Shown here in pieces: positions 15,483 through 24,110 of a DNA stretch of 34,032 bases. The stretch lies in the NCBI GenBank assembly GCA_019241805.1, contig JAFAWL010000403.1:1-34032 (forward strand), written 5' to 3'. A model generated the notes under the pieces. The model was not told where the DNA came from. It made no database searches and saw only the letters and a list, made by a program, of their open reading frames with translations. Each line of letters begins with the position of its first letter. Within the stretch, counting starts at the first letter, position 1. Source of the stretch: Actinomycetota bacterium. Lineage in GTDB: Bacteria > Actinomycetota > Actinomycetes > Mycobacteriales > Jatrophihabitantaceae. The translations under genes and the position numbers were made by a program.

Positions 15483-15871
15483 GGCTGTTCGACCACCATC
15501 AGCGTGTGCCCGGTCGTGTCGCGGAACCAGAACATGGGCGGCACCGGGTCACCCATGCGTGACACGGCGGCGTCGACGTCGACCCCGAGCGCGGCCATCG
15601 CGGCGTGGGTGGCGTCTACGTCGTCGGTGGTCAGGGTGATGCCGGTCTGCATCGGCTCGACCTGGCCCATGTCCGGCGGCGGCGGCGCCAGCGCGAGACC
15701 GGTTGCGCCGTTCGGCGGATACACCTCGATCCAGCGGTAACCGCCACCGAAGGGCGTGTCCACGCGCTTCTCGAAGCCGATCGACTCGTAGAACGCGACC
15801 GCGCGATCCTGGTCCGGGGTGGGCAGGCAGACGAGGCTGATCGTGCCGATTCGGGTTTTCGTGCCGGTCAT
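15479..15871 (-). CDS. VOC-family (glyoxalase/bleomycin-resistance/dioxygenase fold) protein
   Basis: ATG 15871 has a perfect AGGAGG 6 nt upstream. IGTISLVCLPTPDQDRAVAFYESIGFEK...GITLTTDDVDATHAAM...FRDTTGHTLMVVE is a paired beta-alpha-beta-beta-beta VOC pattern. Confidence 0.85.
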   Translation of the reverse strand: MTGTKTRIGTISLVCLPTPDQDRAVAFYESIGFEKRVDTPFGGGYRWIEVYPPNGATGLALAPPPPDMGQVEPMQTGITLTTDDVDATHAAMAALGVDVDAAVSRMGDPVPPMFWFRDTTGHTLMVVEQP

Positions 15872-15982
15872 GGTGTACCTCCTGGTAAGACCTGAGAACC
15901 AAGTTGGAACTGCTGACACCCGGTAAGACTCGTGCGGTCGGTGAAATTCATCGGGCCGGACCGATTTTCACATGCAGTCGCC

Positions 15983-16672
15983 TCAGACGCGGTCGGCCTG
16001 GTGTGAGAGATATCGGGTGACGGCCAGCACTCGGCGGTTGATGTCGTCGTCGGAGTACAGGCCCAGGGTGTCGTAGACGTTCGAGACGTGCTGGATGACG
16101 GCCTTCTCGGTCAGTACGAGGTGGCGGGCGATCCAGCCGTTGCTGCGGCCTTCGGCCATATGGGCCAGCACCTCGGCCTGTCGCGGGGTGAGCCGCTGCA
16201 CCGCGTCGTCGACGGCGCGCGCACGCGAGACCATCAGCGCGACCACCTCGGGATCGAGAGCCGTACCGCCGCCGGCGACGCGCAACAGATCCTGACGGAA
16301 ATTGTCGACGTCAGCGATCCGCTGCTTGAGTAGGTAGCCGATCCCGTGAGGCCGGTCGGCGAGCAATTCCATCGCATAGCGGCGCTGTAGATGGTGCGAG
16401 AGCACGGCAACCGCGATGTCAGGCAAGGTGCGGCGGATCTCTAAAGCCGCCTGCAGGCCGTCGTCGGCCAAGCGGGGCGGCATGCGGATGTCGGTGATGA
16501 CCAGGTCGGGTAGCTCGGCCCTCGTCAACTCGAGCAGTCGGTCGGCGTCCGCGGCCAACCCCACCACCTCGAACTCCTCGCGCGCGAGTACGAGGCGCAA
16601 CGACTCGCGCGTGAGCGACTCGTCCTCGCCCACGACGACGCGGGTCGCCGCGACCGGCCCAGTCGTGTCCAA
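15983..16672 (-). CDS. NarL/LuxR-family response regulator
   Basis: Receiver domain (RVVVGEDE...DLVITDIRMPP...VLSHH...GYLLK) plus a LuxR HTH (LTPRQAEVLAHMAEGRSNGWIARHLVLTEKAVIQHVSNV). The TTG start at 16672 lies 4 nt after GGGAGG. Confidence 0.9.
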   Translation of the reverse strand: MDTTGPVAATRVVVGEDESLTRESLRLVLAREEFEVVGLAADADRLLELTRAELPDLVITDIRMPPRLADDGLQAALEIRRTLPDIAVAVLSHHLQRRYAMELLADRPHGIGYLLKQRIADVDNFRQDLLRVAGGGTALDPEVVALMVSRARAVDDAVQRLTPRQAEVLAHMAEGRSNGWIARHLVLTEKAVIQHVSNVYDTLGLYSDDDINRRVLAVTRYLSHQADRV

Positions 16673-16783
16673 CGCGCCTCCCGCTCGAGTGCGTGGCCTC
16701 CGCGAAGATCACGATCTCATGCGCGGCAGGGGTGCGCACTGTCAACCCTTCGCTTCGTTGTGGGCACTACCTAGCATCGGGGA

Positions 16784-17173
16784 ATGGAGATGACCGCTCG
16801 GACGGCGACCGTCTACCACGAGGGCTACTGGGTGGCGATCGCGATCATCAGTGCGGTGCTCGTGATCGTCATGCCGTTCTTGGTCCGGATCCTGCTCGCG
16901 ACCGAACGTCGACGGATCTGCGCCACCGGCCCGACCTGGTTCACGCCGCGCGCGCCGTGGTTCGTCTTCGCCATGTTCGTCTATCTCGGCCTGGCGGTCG
17001 TCGCGCTCGGTACCGCCCTGGCCTCATTGGGCAAGGCGGGGGATTCGGTCGATCCGCAGTGGATCACGGTTGCCGTCATCATCCTCGTCACGCTGCTCGC
17101 CTTGTGCGCGATCGCGCTGGCGTTGGTGGCCGCGGTCAGCTTGGATGAGCCGCCGCCGGCGTCGGCGAACTAG
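16784..17173 (+). CDS. small integral membrane protein (3-4 TM), hypothetical
   Basis: Hydrophobic helices WVAIAIISAVLVIVMPFLV, FVFAMFVYLGLAVVALGTAL and VAVIILVTLLALCAIALALVAAV. High GC3. GGAG precedes the ATG. The 3' end overlaps the convergent MFS gene by 38 nt. Confidence 0.6.
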   Translation: MEMTARTATVYHEGYWVAIAIISAVLVIVMPFLVRILLATERRRICATGPTWFTPRAPWFVFAMFVYLGLAVVALGTALASLGKAGDSVDPQWITVAVIILVTLLALCAIALALVAAVSLDEPPPASAN

Positions 17174-18413
17174 CAGAGCGCGCCGACAGGTCGGGCTTGG
17201 CCCGGCGCAGCAAGGCCAGGCCGCCGAGTGTCGCGAGCGCACAGGAGCCGGCACCCAGTGCCAGCCCGGCGCGCCCACCCCAGGTTTGACTGACCCAGCC
17301 GGCAATCGGGCCGCCGATCGGCGTGGAACCCATGAAGGCAACCGACCAGAGCGCCATCACCCGTCCCCGCATTGCCGGCGACGCGTTCAGCTGCAGCGTG
17401 GAGTTGCCCTTCGACATGAAACCGATGCTGGCCGCGCCGACGAACGCGATCGCGATGAGCTCGACCCAGTAGTACGGCGCTACCGCGGCGATCGCCATCA
17501 CTATGCCGAACAGGATCGACGACCGGATCATCGCGGCGACGCCCGTGTTGCCCCGATTGGCCACCCAGAGGCCGCCACCGATCGCGCCAAGGCCCATGGC
17601 CGCCGACAAGAAGCCGTAGGTGTCGGCATTTCCCCGGAACGTATGGGCGGCGATCACCGGCAGGGTGACCTGGAACTCGAAGGCCAAGCAGCCGACGAGC
17701 GCCATCATCAGTAGCGGTCCGGCCAGGGTCGGAGTGCGGCTCACATAGCGCAGGCCCTCGCGTAGCTGGCCGCCCGAGCGCACCGCGCGCTCGCTGGGGG
17801 TCAGTGCAGACGTGTCGAGGGTGGCCAGAGAGATGACGACCGCGACGAAGCTGGCGGCGTTGATCAGGAAACAGATGCCGGTGCCACCGGCGGTGATGAT
17901 CAGTCCCGCGGCCGCCGGGCCGAGGGCCCGGGCGACGTTGACGAGCACCGCGTTCAGGCTGACAGCGTTACGCAGTACGCCGGGGCCGACCATCTCGAGA
18001 ATAAATGTCTGCCGGGCCGGATTCTCGAAGGCGTTGTTGAGGCCGAGCAGAACGGCCAGGGTGTAGACCTGCCACAGCTCGACGACGTGGGTCACGGTCA
18101 GTAGGCCCAGGGCCAAGGCCAGGACGCCCATCATCGCCTGCAGACCCAACATCAATTTCCGCTTGTCCATCCGGTCGGCCACGACACCGCCGTACGGACC
18201 GAGCAGCAGAACCGGCAGCGTCTGGAGTGCCACGGCAAGACCGACTGCGGTGGCCGAGCCGGTCAGCTGCAGCACCAACCATGACTGGGCGACGCTCTGC
18301 ATCCATGTCCCGATCAGCGAGACGGCTTGACCGCGGATGTAGTGGCGGTAGTTGGGTACGGCGAATGCGGCGAACGTCTGCCCGCCGATTGCGCGAATGC
18401 CCCCTGGGGTCAC
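17136..18413 (-). CDS. MFS transporter (EntS/MFS_3-like)
   Basis: FAVPNYRHYIRGQAVSLIGTWMQSVAQSWLVL...GGVVADRMDKRKLM, with 12 predicted hydrophobic helices. GTG 18413 overlaps the marR TGA (GTGA). The 18878 start in the track runs through marR and is an artefact. Confidence 0.85.
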   Translation of the reverse strand: MTPGGIRAIGGQTFAAFAVPNYRHYIRGQAVSLIGTWMQSVAQSWLVLQLTGSATAVGLAVALQTLPVLLLGPYGGVVADRMDKRKLMLGLQAMMGVLALALGLLTVTHVVELWQVYTLAVLLGLNNAFENPARQTFILEMVGPGVLRNAVSLNAVLVNVARALGPAAAGLIITAGGTGICFLINAASFVAVVISLATLDTSALTPSERAVRSGGQLREGLRYVSRTPTLAGPLLMMALVGCLAFEFQVTLPVIAAHTFRGNADTYGFLSAAMGLGAIGGGLWVANRGNTGVAAMIRSSILFGIVMAIAAVAPYYWVELIAIAFVGAASIGFMSKGNSTLQLNASPAMRGRVMALWSVAFMGSTPIGGPIAGWVSQTWGGRAGLALGAGSCALATLGGLALLRRAKPDLSARSASSPTPAAAHPS

Positions 18414-18865
18414 GAGCGCGCCGCGATCAGCCCGCAGCGCATCGCCTCGGCCACGGACTCCAGGACCGGCAACGATGCCACCAAGGCGTCGGCCTCGTCC
18501 GGCGACAGGCCGTCGAGGTGTCGGGCCAGCAGCGCCGTACGCCGGGTCACCTCCGCGTGGCGGACGCGATGCCCGGCTGTAGTCAGCGAGAGCATGATGG
18601 CTCGACCGTCGTTCGGGGCCGGCGTCCGGCGGATCAGGCCCAGGGTCTCGAGCTTGCGCACGATGCGCGAGAGCATCGTCGGGTTGACGGCTTCGAGCTG
18701 CGCGAGTTCGGTGGTCCCGATCGGACCGCGGGCGGCGACCGACCCCAGGACGGACAGCTGCGTGCGCGTTAGTCCTTCGGCCGCCGCCTCCCGGTTCATA
18801 GCACGCGAGATGCGGGTCAGCGCGATGCGCAGCCGGACGAGGTCGGCCTGGTCGAACGTTGCCAT
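18410..18865 (-). CDS. MarR-family transcriptional regulator
   Basis: LTRTQLSVLGSVAARGPIGTTELAQLEAVNPTMLSRIVRKLETLGLIRRTPAPNDGRAIMLSLT is a winged-helix MarR core. Confidence 0.9.
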   Translation of the reverse strand: MATFDQADLVRLRIALTRISRAMNREAAAEGLTRTQLSVLGSVAARGPIGTTELAQLEAVNPTMLSRIVRKLETLGLIRRTPAPNDGRAIMLSLTTAGHRVRHAEVTRRTALLARHLDGLSPDEADALVASLPVLESVAEAMRCGLIAARS

Positions 18866-18909
18866 CGCTGTCCTCCACGGGTCGCCGCCCGATGCCGAAT
18901 CCTAGTTAC

Positions 18910-18958
18910 TTGCTGCAAAGCAATCATATACCTCGGTCGACGAGGTAGTAGGTCGACG
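18910..18958. promoter_or_regulatory. candidate MarR operator region (inverted and direct repeats)
   Basis: Lower-GC divergent spacer. TTGCT-GCAA-AGCAA at 18910-18923, CCTCG-GTCGA-CGAGG at 18931-18945, and GGTCGACG repeated at 18935-18942 and 18951-18958. Confidence 0.3.
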
Positions 18959-19008
18959 CAGGCGGAGTGAGCATCTTCGTGTCCCTGGGAACATTGAATC
19001 CTGTGCGC

Positions 19009-20193
19009 ATGCGGACGGTCGGCGTCGAGGAGGAGTTCCTGCTCGCGGAGGAGCGGACACCGCGACTGGTCGGCGACAACGACGAGGTCATAACAGCCGC
19101 GACTCGTCTTGATCGAGGGGCGCAGTTCGAGCACGAACTGAAGAGCGCGCAGGTCGAACTGGCCTCGTCGCCCACTTCCGATCTCGATGCACTGGAGCGC
19201 GAACTGGCGCGGCTGCGAGCGGAGCTGGCCACGGCCGCCCGGGCCCGTGGCGCCCGGCTGATTGCGGCGGCAACCAGTCCGGTGCCCGGCCGGTCTGGCA
19301 CGAGCCAGGATGAGCGCTACGCGCGGATGAGCCGCGAGTTCGGGGCGGTGGCCCGCCAACAGGTGACTTGCGGGATGCATGTGCACGTCGGTGTCGAATC
19401 GCGAGAGGAAGGCGTCGCGGTCATCGACGGCTTGCGTCCGTGGCTGCCGGTACTGCGGGCTTTGACTGCGAATTCGGCGATCTGGCAGGGAGAGGACACC
19501 GGGTACGCCAGCTACCGAACAGTGCTCTGGAGCGCGTGGCCGACGGCCGGTCCGACTAGCGCGTTTGGGACGGTCGCCGCCTACGACCGGTTGGTCGAGG
19601 ACCTCATCGCCACCGGCGCGGCGCTCGACTACGCGATGATCTACTTCGACGCGCGGTTATCGGCTCGCTATCCGACCGTCGAGCTACGCGTGTGTGACGT
19701 GTGCGCCGACGGCGAGGATGCGGTCACGATCGCCGGTCTGGCCCGGGCGCTGGCCGAGACCATCGCCCGACAGCGACACGACAGACCACAGCGCCACGAC
19801 AAACCGCAGCGCCACGACAAACCACAGCGCCATCCGGGCGGCGCGGACCCGAGCAGCGCGGATCGGCTGAGTCCGGATTGTGCGACCGTGGATCACTCGG
19901 TCGAGCGGCAGCGCGCGGCGGCTTGGCGGGCGGCCCGGTACGGCCTCGACGATCGCCTGGTATCCGCCGAGCCCGACGCTGCGGCGAGGGGCACGCTGGT
20001 GCCCGCGTGGGACCACGTAGGGGAGTTGCTGGCGTTCACTCGCGACGCCCTGGACGAGGCCGGCGACACCGATCGTGTCCGATCCGGCCTGGAGCGGATC
20101 CGGCGGCGCGGGTCGGGTGCGAGCCGACAACGCGAAGCGTTCTACGAAGGCGACGGGGTTGCCTCGGTGCTGGACGCGTTGACCGCCGGGTGA
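19009..20193 (+). CDS. carboxylate-amine ligase, YbdK/GCS2 family (glutamate-cysteine ligase 2-like)
   Basis: MRTVGVEEEFLL...EHELKSAQVELASSP...TCGMHVHVGV...ANSAIWQGEDTGYASYR...IYFDARLSARYPTVELRVCD are GCS2 hallmark blocks. Carries an in-frame repeat insertion (see repeat 19771). Confidence 0.9.
   Translation: MRTVGVEEEFLLAEERTPRLVGDNDEVITAATRLDRGAQFEHELKSAQVELASSPTSDLDALERELARLRAELATAARARGARLIAAATSPVPGRSGTSQDERYARMSREFGAVARQQVTCGMHVHVGVESREEGVAVIDGLRPWLPVLRALTANSAIWQGEDTGYASYRTVLWSAWPTAGPTSAFGTVAAYDRLVEDLIATGAALDYAMIYFDARLSARYPTVELRVCDVCADGEDAVTIAGLARALAETIARQRHDRPQRHDKPQRHDKPQRHPGGADPSSADRLSPDCATVDHSVERQRAAAWRAARYGLDDRLVSAEPDAAARGTLVPAWDHVGELLAFTRDALDEAGDTDRVRSGLERIRRRGSGASRQREAFYEGDGVASVLDALTAG
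19771..19836. repeat. 18-bp tandem repeat, about 3.6 copies (CAGCGCCACGACAAACCR)
   Basis: Units at 19771-19788, 19789-19806 and 19807-19824, with a partial unit at 19825-19836. Encodes QRHDRP-QRHDKP-QRHDKP-QRHP inside the GCS2 ORF. Confidence 0.9.
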
Positions 20194-20203
20194 GGGAGCG
20201 CGC

Positions 20204-23200
20204 TCAGGGCTCGATCGCGTCGATCGCGCGATAGATGCGCTGCTCCGAGACCGGTCGCGGCGTGCCGAGCTGCTGGGCGAACAAGCTGACCCGTAACTCC
20301 TGTAGCTGCCAACCGATCGCGCGGACGTCCTCGGCGGCGACCCGAAGCGGCGGCAGCGCGGAACAAAGTTCCGCGTAGGCCTGCTCGACCTGCTGCGCCC
20401 TGGTCATCAACGCCCGGTCGAGCTGTAGGTCACGCGGCAGTCGATCGAGTCGTCGTTCGACGGCCCGTAGGTAACGGACGAGGTCGGGTAGTCGATCGGC
20501 GCCGGCCGCAGTGACGAAGCCGATCGGTAACAACGCGTCGAGCTGGCGCCGGACGTCGGCCAATGCCTCGACCCGATCCGCAGGGGCGCTGGCGGGCAGT
20601 CGGGCGCGTGCGTCGTTCGCCGCCGCGACGACGCGTTCGGCCGCTTCGACGATCCGCAGCGTGCGCTCGACGAATCCGGTGCCGACGTCCTCGCGGAGTC
20701 GGGTGAAAGCGGCCCGGGTCCAGGCGGGGCCGCCGGCCTCGGCGACGAGCGCGTCGACGGCGGCGTTCGCGCAGTCCTCCGCGAGTTCCGGCAACCCCCC
20801 GTCGGGATTGGCGGCGAGCACCAACTTCGAGCGCGTGGACAAGCCGGCGGACAGCGCACGAAGCGGCGCCGGCAGTTCGAAGCGCAACAGGCGGCGGGTG
20901 CCGATCGGCATTGCGGCGCGCTGCTCGGCCGCTGTCGTCAGGATCGAAAGCCGCACCTCGACACCCTGATCGACCAGTGCCGGGTAACCACGGGCGGTGC
21001 CACCTTCGACCACGAGCGGGACGGTGTCGAGATCCGCGGGCCAGCGCGTGAAACCCGGCCGTTCGAGTTCGCGGCCGACCGCCTCGGCGACGGCGGCACG
21101 CGTCGGCGCGGCCAACCCCGAGCGCAACGCATCGAGATCGTTGCCGCGGGCCACGACGTGACGGTCGGCATCCTCGACCGCGAAGCCGAGGCGCAGATGA
21201 GGCGGCAGCGACGTCATGTCGAACGCGTCGCGCGGCACTAGAACCCCCGTGCGGCGGTGCAGCTCCCGCTGCAACAGATCGGGCGGTGACTCACTGCGCA
21301 GCTGGTCCTCGGTGAGCGCGGCCAGGACGGCGCGAGCGGTATCCGGGATCGGCACGAACGCGCGCCGCAAGGGCTTGGGCAGCGAACGCAGCAGCGCCGT
21401 GACCAGGTCCTCACGCAGCGCCGGCACGTGCCAGGCGAACTCGCCGGGTGTCAGCCGTGGCAAGAGCTCGAGGGGGACGTGCACGGTCACCCCGTCGTCG
21501 ATCTCACCGGGGGCGAAACGGTAGGTCAGCGGCAAGCGGACGTCACCGCTCGTCCAGCTGTCCGGGTGTTCGGAGCTGCCGGGCTCCTCGGTGCCGCCCG
21601 GGGCGACGTCGGCCCGGGTGAAGGTCAGCCGATCCGGATCGTCGATCCGCGCGCGTTTCCACCAGGAGTCGAAATGCCGGGCCGACACGATTTCAGGTGG
21701 GATCCGGGCGTCGTAAAAGGCAAACAGCTCGTCGTCGGCGACGACGATGTCGCGACGGCGGGTGCGTTCCTCGAGCTGCGCCAGCTCGCTGAGCAGCTCG
21801 CGGTTGACCCGCAGGAACGCGTGCCGGTTGGGCCAATCGCCCTCCACGAGTGCGTGGCGGATGAACAGCTCCCGCGAGGCGACCGGGTCGATGGCGCCGT
21901 AGGCCACCCGGCGGCCGGTGACAAGGGGCAGCCCGTAGAGGGTGACCCGTTCGGCGGCCGTGACCGATCCGCGGCGGGCGTTCCAACCAGGTTCGCTGTA
22001 GGTGCGCACGACCAGGTGCGCGGCCAGCCGTTCGACCGTCTCCGGCTCTACCCGAGCCAGCGTGCGCGCGAACAACCGACTCGTCTCCACCAACTCGGCC
22101 GCGACCACCCACTGGGGCGGTCGCCGGGCGAGCACGGAACCGGGCGCGATGACGAAGCGGGTGTTGCGCGCGCCCAGAAATTCGCGGGTCTCGCCCGCCC
22201 GCAATCCGACGTGGGAAAGCAGCCCGGACAGCACCGCTGCATGGATCGCAGCCGGTTCGGCCGGCGCTCCCGAATCATCGATGCCCAGGCCGGCCGCGAT
22301 CTGGCGCAGCTGCCCTCGCAGGTCCTGCCACTCGCGCACCCGCAAGTAGTTCAGCATTTCCTCGCGGCACATGCGACGGAACTGGTTGCGAGACAGATCC
22401 CGTTGCCGCTCGCGAATGTGCCGCCAGAGGTTGAGCAGCGTGACGTAGTCGGAGCTCTCGTCGGTGAAGCGGGCATGCAGCTGGTCGGCCGCCGCGCGCC
22501 GTTCGGCCGGGCGTTCCCGCGGATCGGGGATCGAGAGGGCCGCGGCCAGCACCAGCACCTCGGCGACGCAGCCCTGATCGCGGGCCTCGACGATCATGCG
22601 CGCGAGCCGGGGCTCGATCGGCAGCGCTGCCAGCGTGCGCCCGAGCTCGGTGATCCCGCCGGCGGCGTCGAACGCCCCGAGCTCGTGCAGCAGGGCGACG
22701 CCGTCCCGCACCGCCCGGGCGTCGGGGGGATCGAGAAAACCGAAGGCGTCGACCTCACCCAGGCCGAGTGCGCTCATGCGCAAAATCACTGAGGCGAGAT
22801 TCGTGCGCAGGAGCTCCGGTTCGGTGAACCGGGGCCGGGCCGCGTAGTCGGCTTCGGAGTAGAGGCGGATGCACACACCGTCGGCGACGCGGCCGCAACG
22901 GCCGGCGCGTTGGTCGGCCGACGCCCGCGAGATCGGCTCGATCGGCAGGCGCTGCACCTTCGTTCGCTTGCTGTACCGCGAGATACGGGCCAGGCCCGCG
23001 TCGATGACATAGCGGATCCCCGGAACGGTGAGCGAGGTCTCGGCGACGTTGGTGGCGAGGACTATCCGACGGTTGGAATGGGCTTCCCACACGCGGTTCT
23101 GCTCACCGGTGGGCAGTCGGGCGTACAGCGGGAGCACCTCGGTGTCGCGCAAGTCCAACGCTCGAAGCGCGTCGGCGGTGTCACGGATCTCTCGCTCGCC

Positions 23201-24070
23201 GGTGAGAAACACGAGCACGTCGCCCGGAGGTTCGTCGCCCAGCTCGCGCACGGCGACGGCAATCGCCTCGGTCTGATCGAGTGGCTCGCCCTCGACGTCG
23301 TCGGGTGCTCGGTAGCGGATCTCGACCGGAAACGTCCGTCCGGACACCTCGACGACCGGCGCGCCATCGAAATGGTCGGCGAAGCGGTGCGGATCGATCG
23401 TGGCGGAGGTGATGATCACCTTCAGGTCGGGGCGCCGCGGCAGCAGTTGACGAAGGTAGCCGAGCAGGAAGTCGATGTTCAGGCTGCGCTCGTGCGCCTC
23501 GTCGATGATGATCGTGTCGTACGCGGCGAGGGTCCGATCGCGTTGGATCTCGGCCAGCAGGATCCCGTCGGTCATCAACTTGATCAGGGTGTCTTCGCCG
23601 ACCCGGTCGGTGAACCGCACGGCGTACCCGACGACCCCGCCGAGCGGCACCGACAACTCCTCGGCCACGCGTTCGGCGATGGTTCGGGCGGCCAGCCGCC
23701 GCGGCTGGGTGTGCGCGATCAGGCCACGAACGCCGCGGCCCAGTTCCAGGCAGATTTTCGGCAGCTGCGTGGTCTTGCCGGAGCCGGTTTCGCCAGCGAC
23801 GACGACAACCTGATGATCGCGGATCGCCGCCGCCAACTCGTCCCGCTTGTCGACGATCGGCAGCCCGGGCGGATAGCTCACGGACGGCACGGCCTGGCGC
23901 CGCGTCCGAAGTCGAGCCTCTGCCTCGACGACCTGCGCTTCCAGGCGCCGCAGCTGCTCGGAGTTTGCCCGTCGCAGCCGGCGGCTCAGGCGCCGCTCGT
24001 CCCGCAGCGTGACCTCGCGCAGGCGGGTGCGCAGTTGCGCGGCCGTCACGGAAGACACCTGCCATCCCAT
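20204..24070 (-). CDS. hrpA: ATP-dependent RNA helicase HrpA (DEAH-box)
   Basis: VVVVAGETGSGKTTQLPK, IIIDEAHERS, SATID, FLTGEREI, VLATNVAETSLTVPGI and QRAGRCGR, plus the long HrpA C-terminal extension. ATG 24070 gives an N-terminus that aligns with E. coli HrpA (..LQQRL..L.LRD...). Confidence 0.95.
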   Translation of the reverse strand: MGWQVSSVTAAQLRTRLREVTLRDERRLSRRLRRANSEQLRRLEAQVVEAEARLRTRRQAVPSVSYPPGLPIVDKRDELAAAIRDHQVVVVAGETGSGKTTQLPKICLELGRGVRGLIAHTQPRRLAARTIAERVAEELSVPLGGVVGYAVRFTDRVGEDTLIKLMTDGILLAEIQRDRTLAAYDTIIIDEAHERSLNIDFLLGYLRQLLPRRPDLKVIITSATIDPHRFADHFDGAPVVEVSGRTFPVEIRYRAPDDVEGEPLDQTEAIAVAVRELGDEPPGDVLVFLTGEREIRDTADALRALDLRDTEVLPLYARLPTGEQNRVWEAHSNRRIVLATNVAETSLTVPGIRYVIDAGLARISRYSKRTKVQRLPIEPISRASADQRAGRCGRVADGVCIRLYSEADYAARPRFTEPELLRTNLASVILRMSALGLGEVDAFGFLDPPDARAVRDGVALLHELGAFDAAGGITELGRTLAALPIEPRLARMIVEARDQGCVAEVLVLAAALSIPDPRERPAERRAAADQLHARFTDESSDYVTLLNLWRHIRERQRDLSRNQFRRMCREEMLNYLRVREWQDLRGQLRQIAAGLGIDDSGAPAEPAAIHAAVLSGLLSHVGLRAGETREFLGARNTRFVIAPGSVLARRPPQWVVAAELVETSRLFARTLARVEPETVERLAAHLVVRTYSEPGWNARRGSVTAAERVTLYGLPLVTGRRVAYGAIDPVASRELFIRHALVEGDWPNRHAFLRVNRELLSELAQLEERTRRRDIVVADDELFAFYDARIPPEIVSARHFDSWWKRARIDDPDRLTFTRADVAPGGTEEPGSSEHPDSWTSGDVRLPLTYRFAPGEIDDGVTVHVPLELLPRLTPGEFAWHVPALREDLVTALLRSLPKPLRRAFVPIPDTARAVLAALTEDQLRSESPPDLLQRELHRRTGVLVPRDAFDMTSLPPHLRLGFAVEDADRHVVARGNDLDALRSGLAAPTRAAVAEAVGRELERPGFTRWPADLDTVPLVVEGGTARGYPALVDQGVEVRLSILTTAAEQRAAMPIGTRRLLRFELPAPLRALSAGLSTRSKLVLAANPDGGLPELAEDCANAAVDALVAEAGGPAWTRAAFTRLREDVGTGFVERTLRIVEAAERVVAAANDARARLPASAPADRVEALADVRRQLDALLPIGFVTAAGADRLPDLVRYLRAVERRLDRLPRDLQLDRALMTRAQQVEQAYAELCSALPPLRVAAEDVRAIGWQLQELRVSLFAQQLGTPRPVSEQRIYRAIDAIEP

Positions 24071-24110
24071 CACAGCAGGCGAGCGCGCTCCTCGCGCATG
24101 ATCACGGCAC

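Noticed and set aside
15872-15982. ECF-type promoter upstream of the VOC-sigma unit (TGTCA...GGTC on the minus strand; GGAAC-N18-CTCGT on the plus strand)
   Set aside because: Spacing does not fit the ECF41/ECF56-type consensus I remember (TGTCACA-N16-CGTC). The better GGAAC match is on the wrong strand. This is too weak to call without TSS data.
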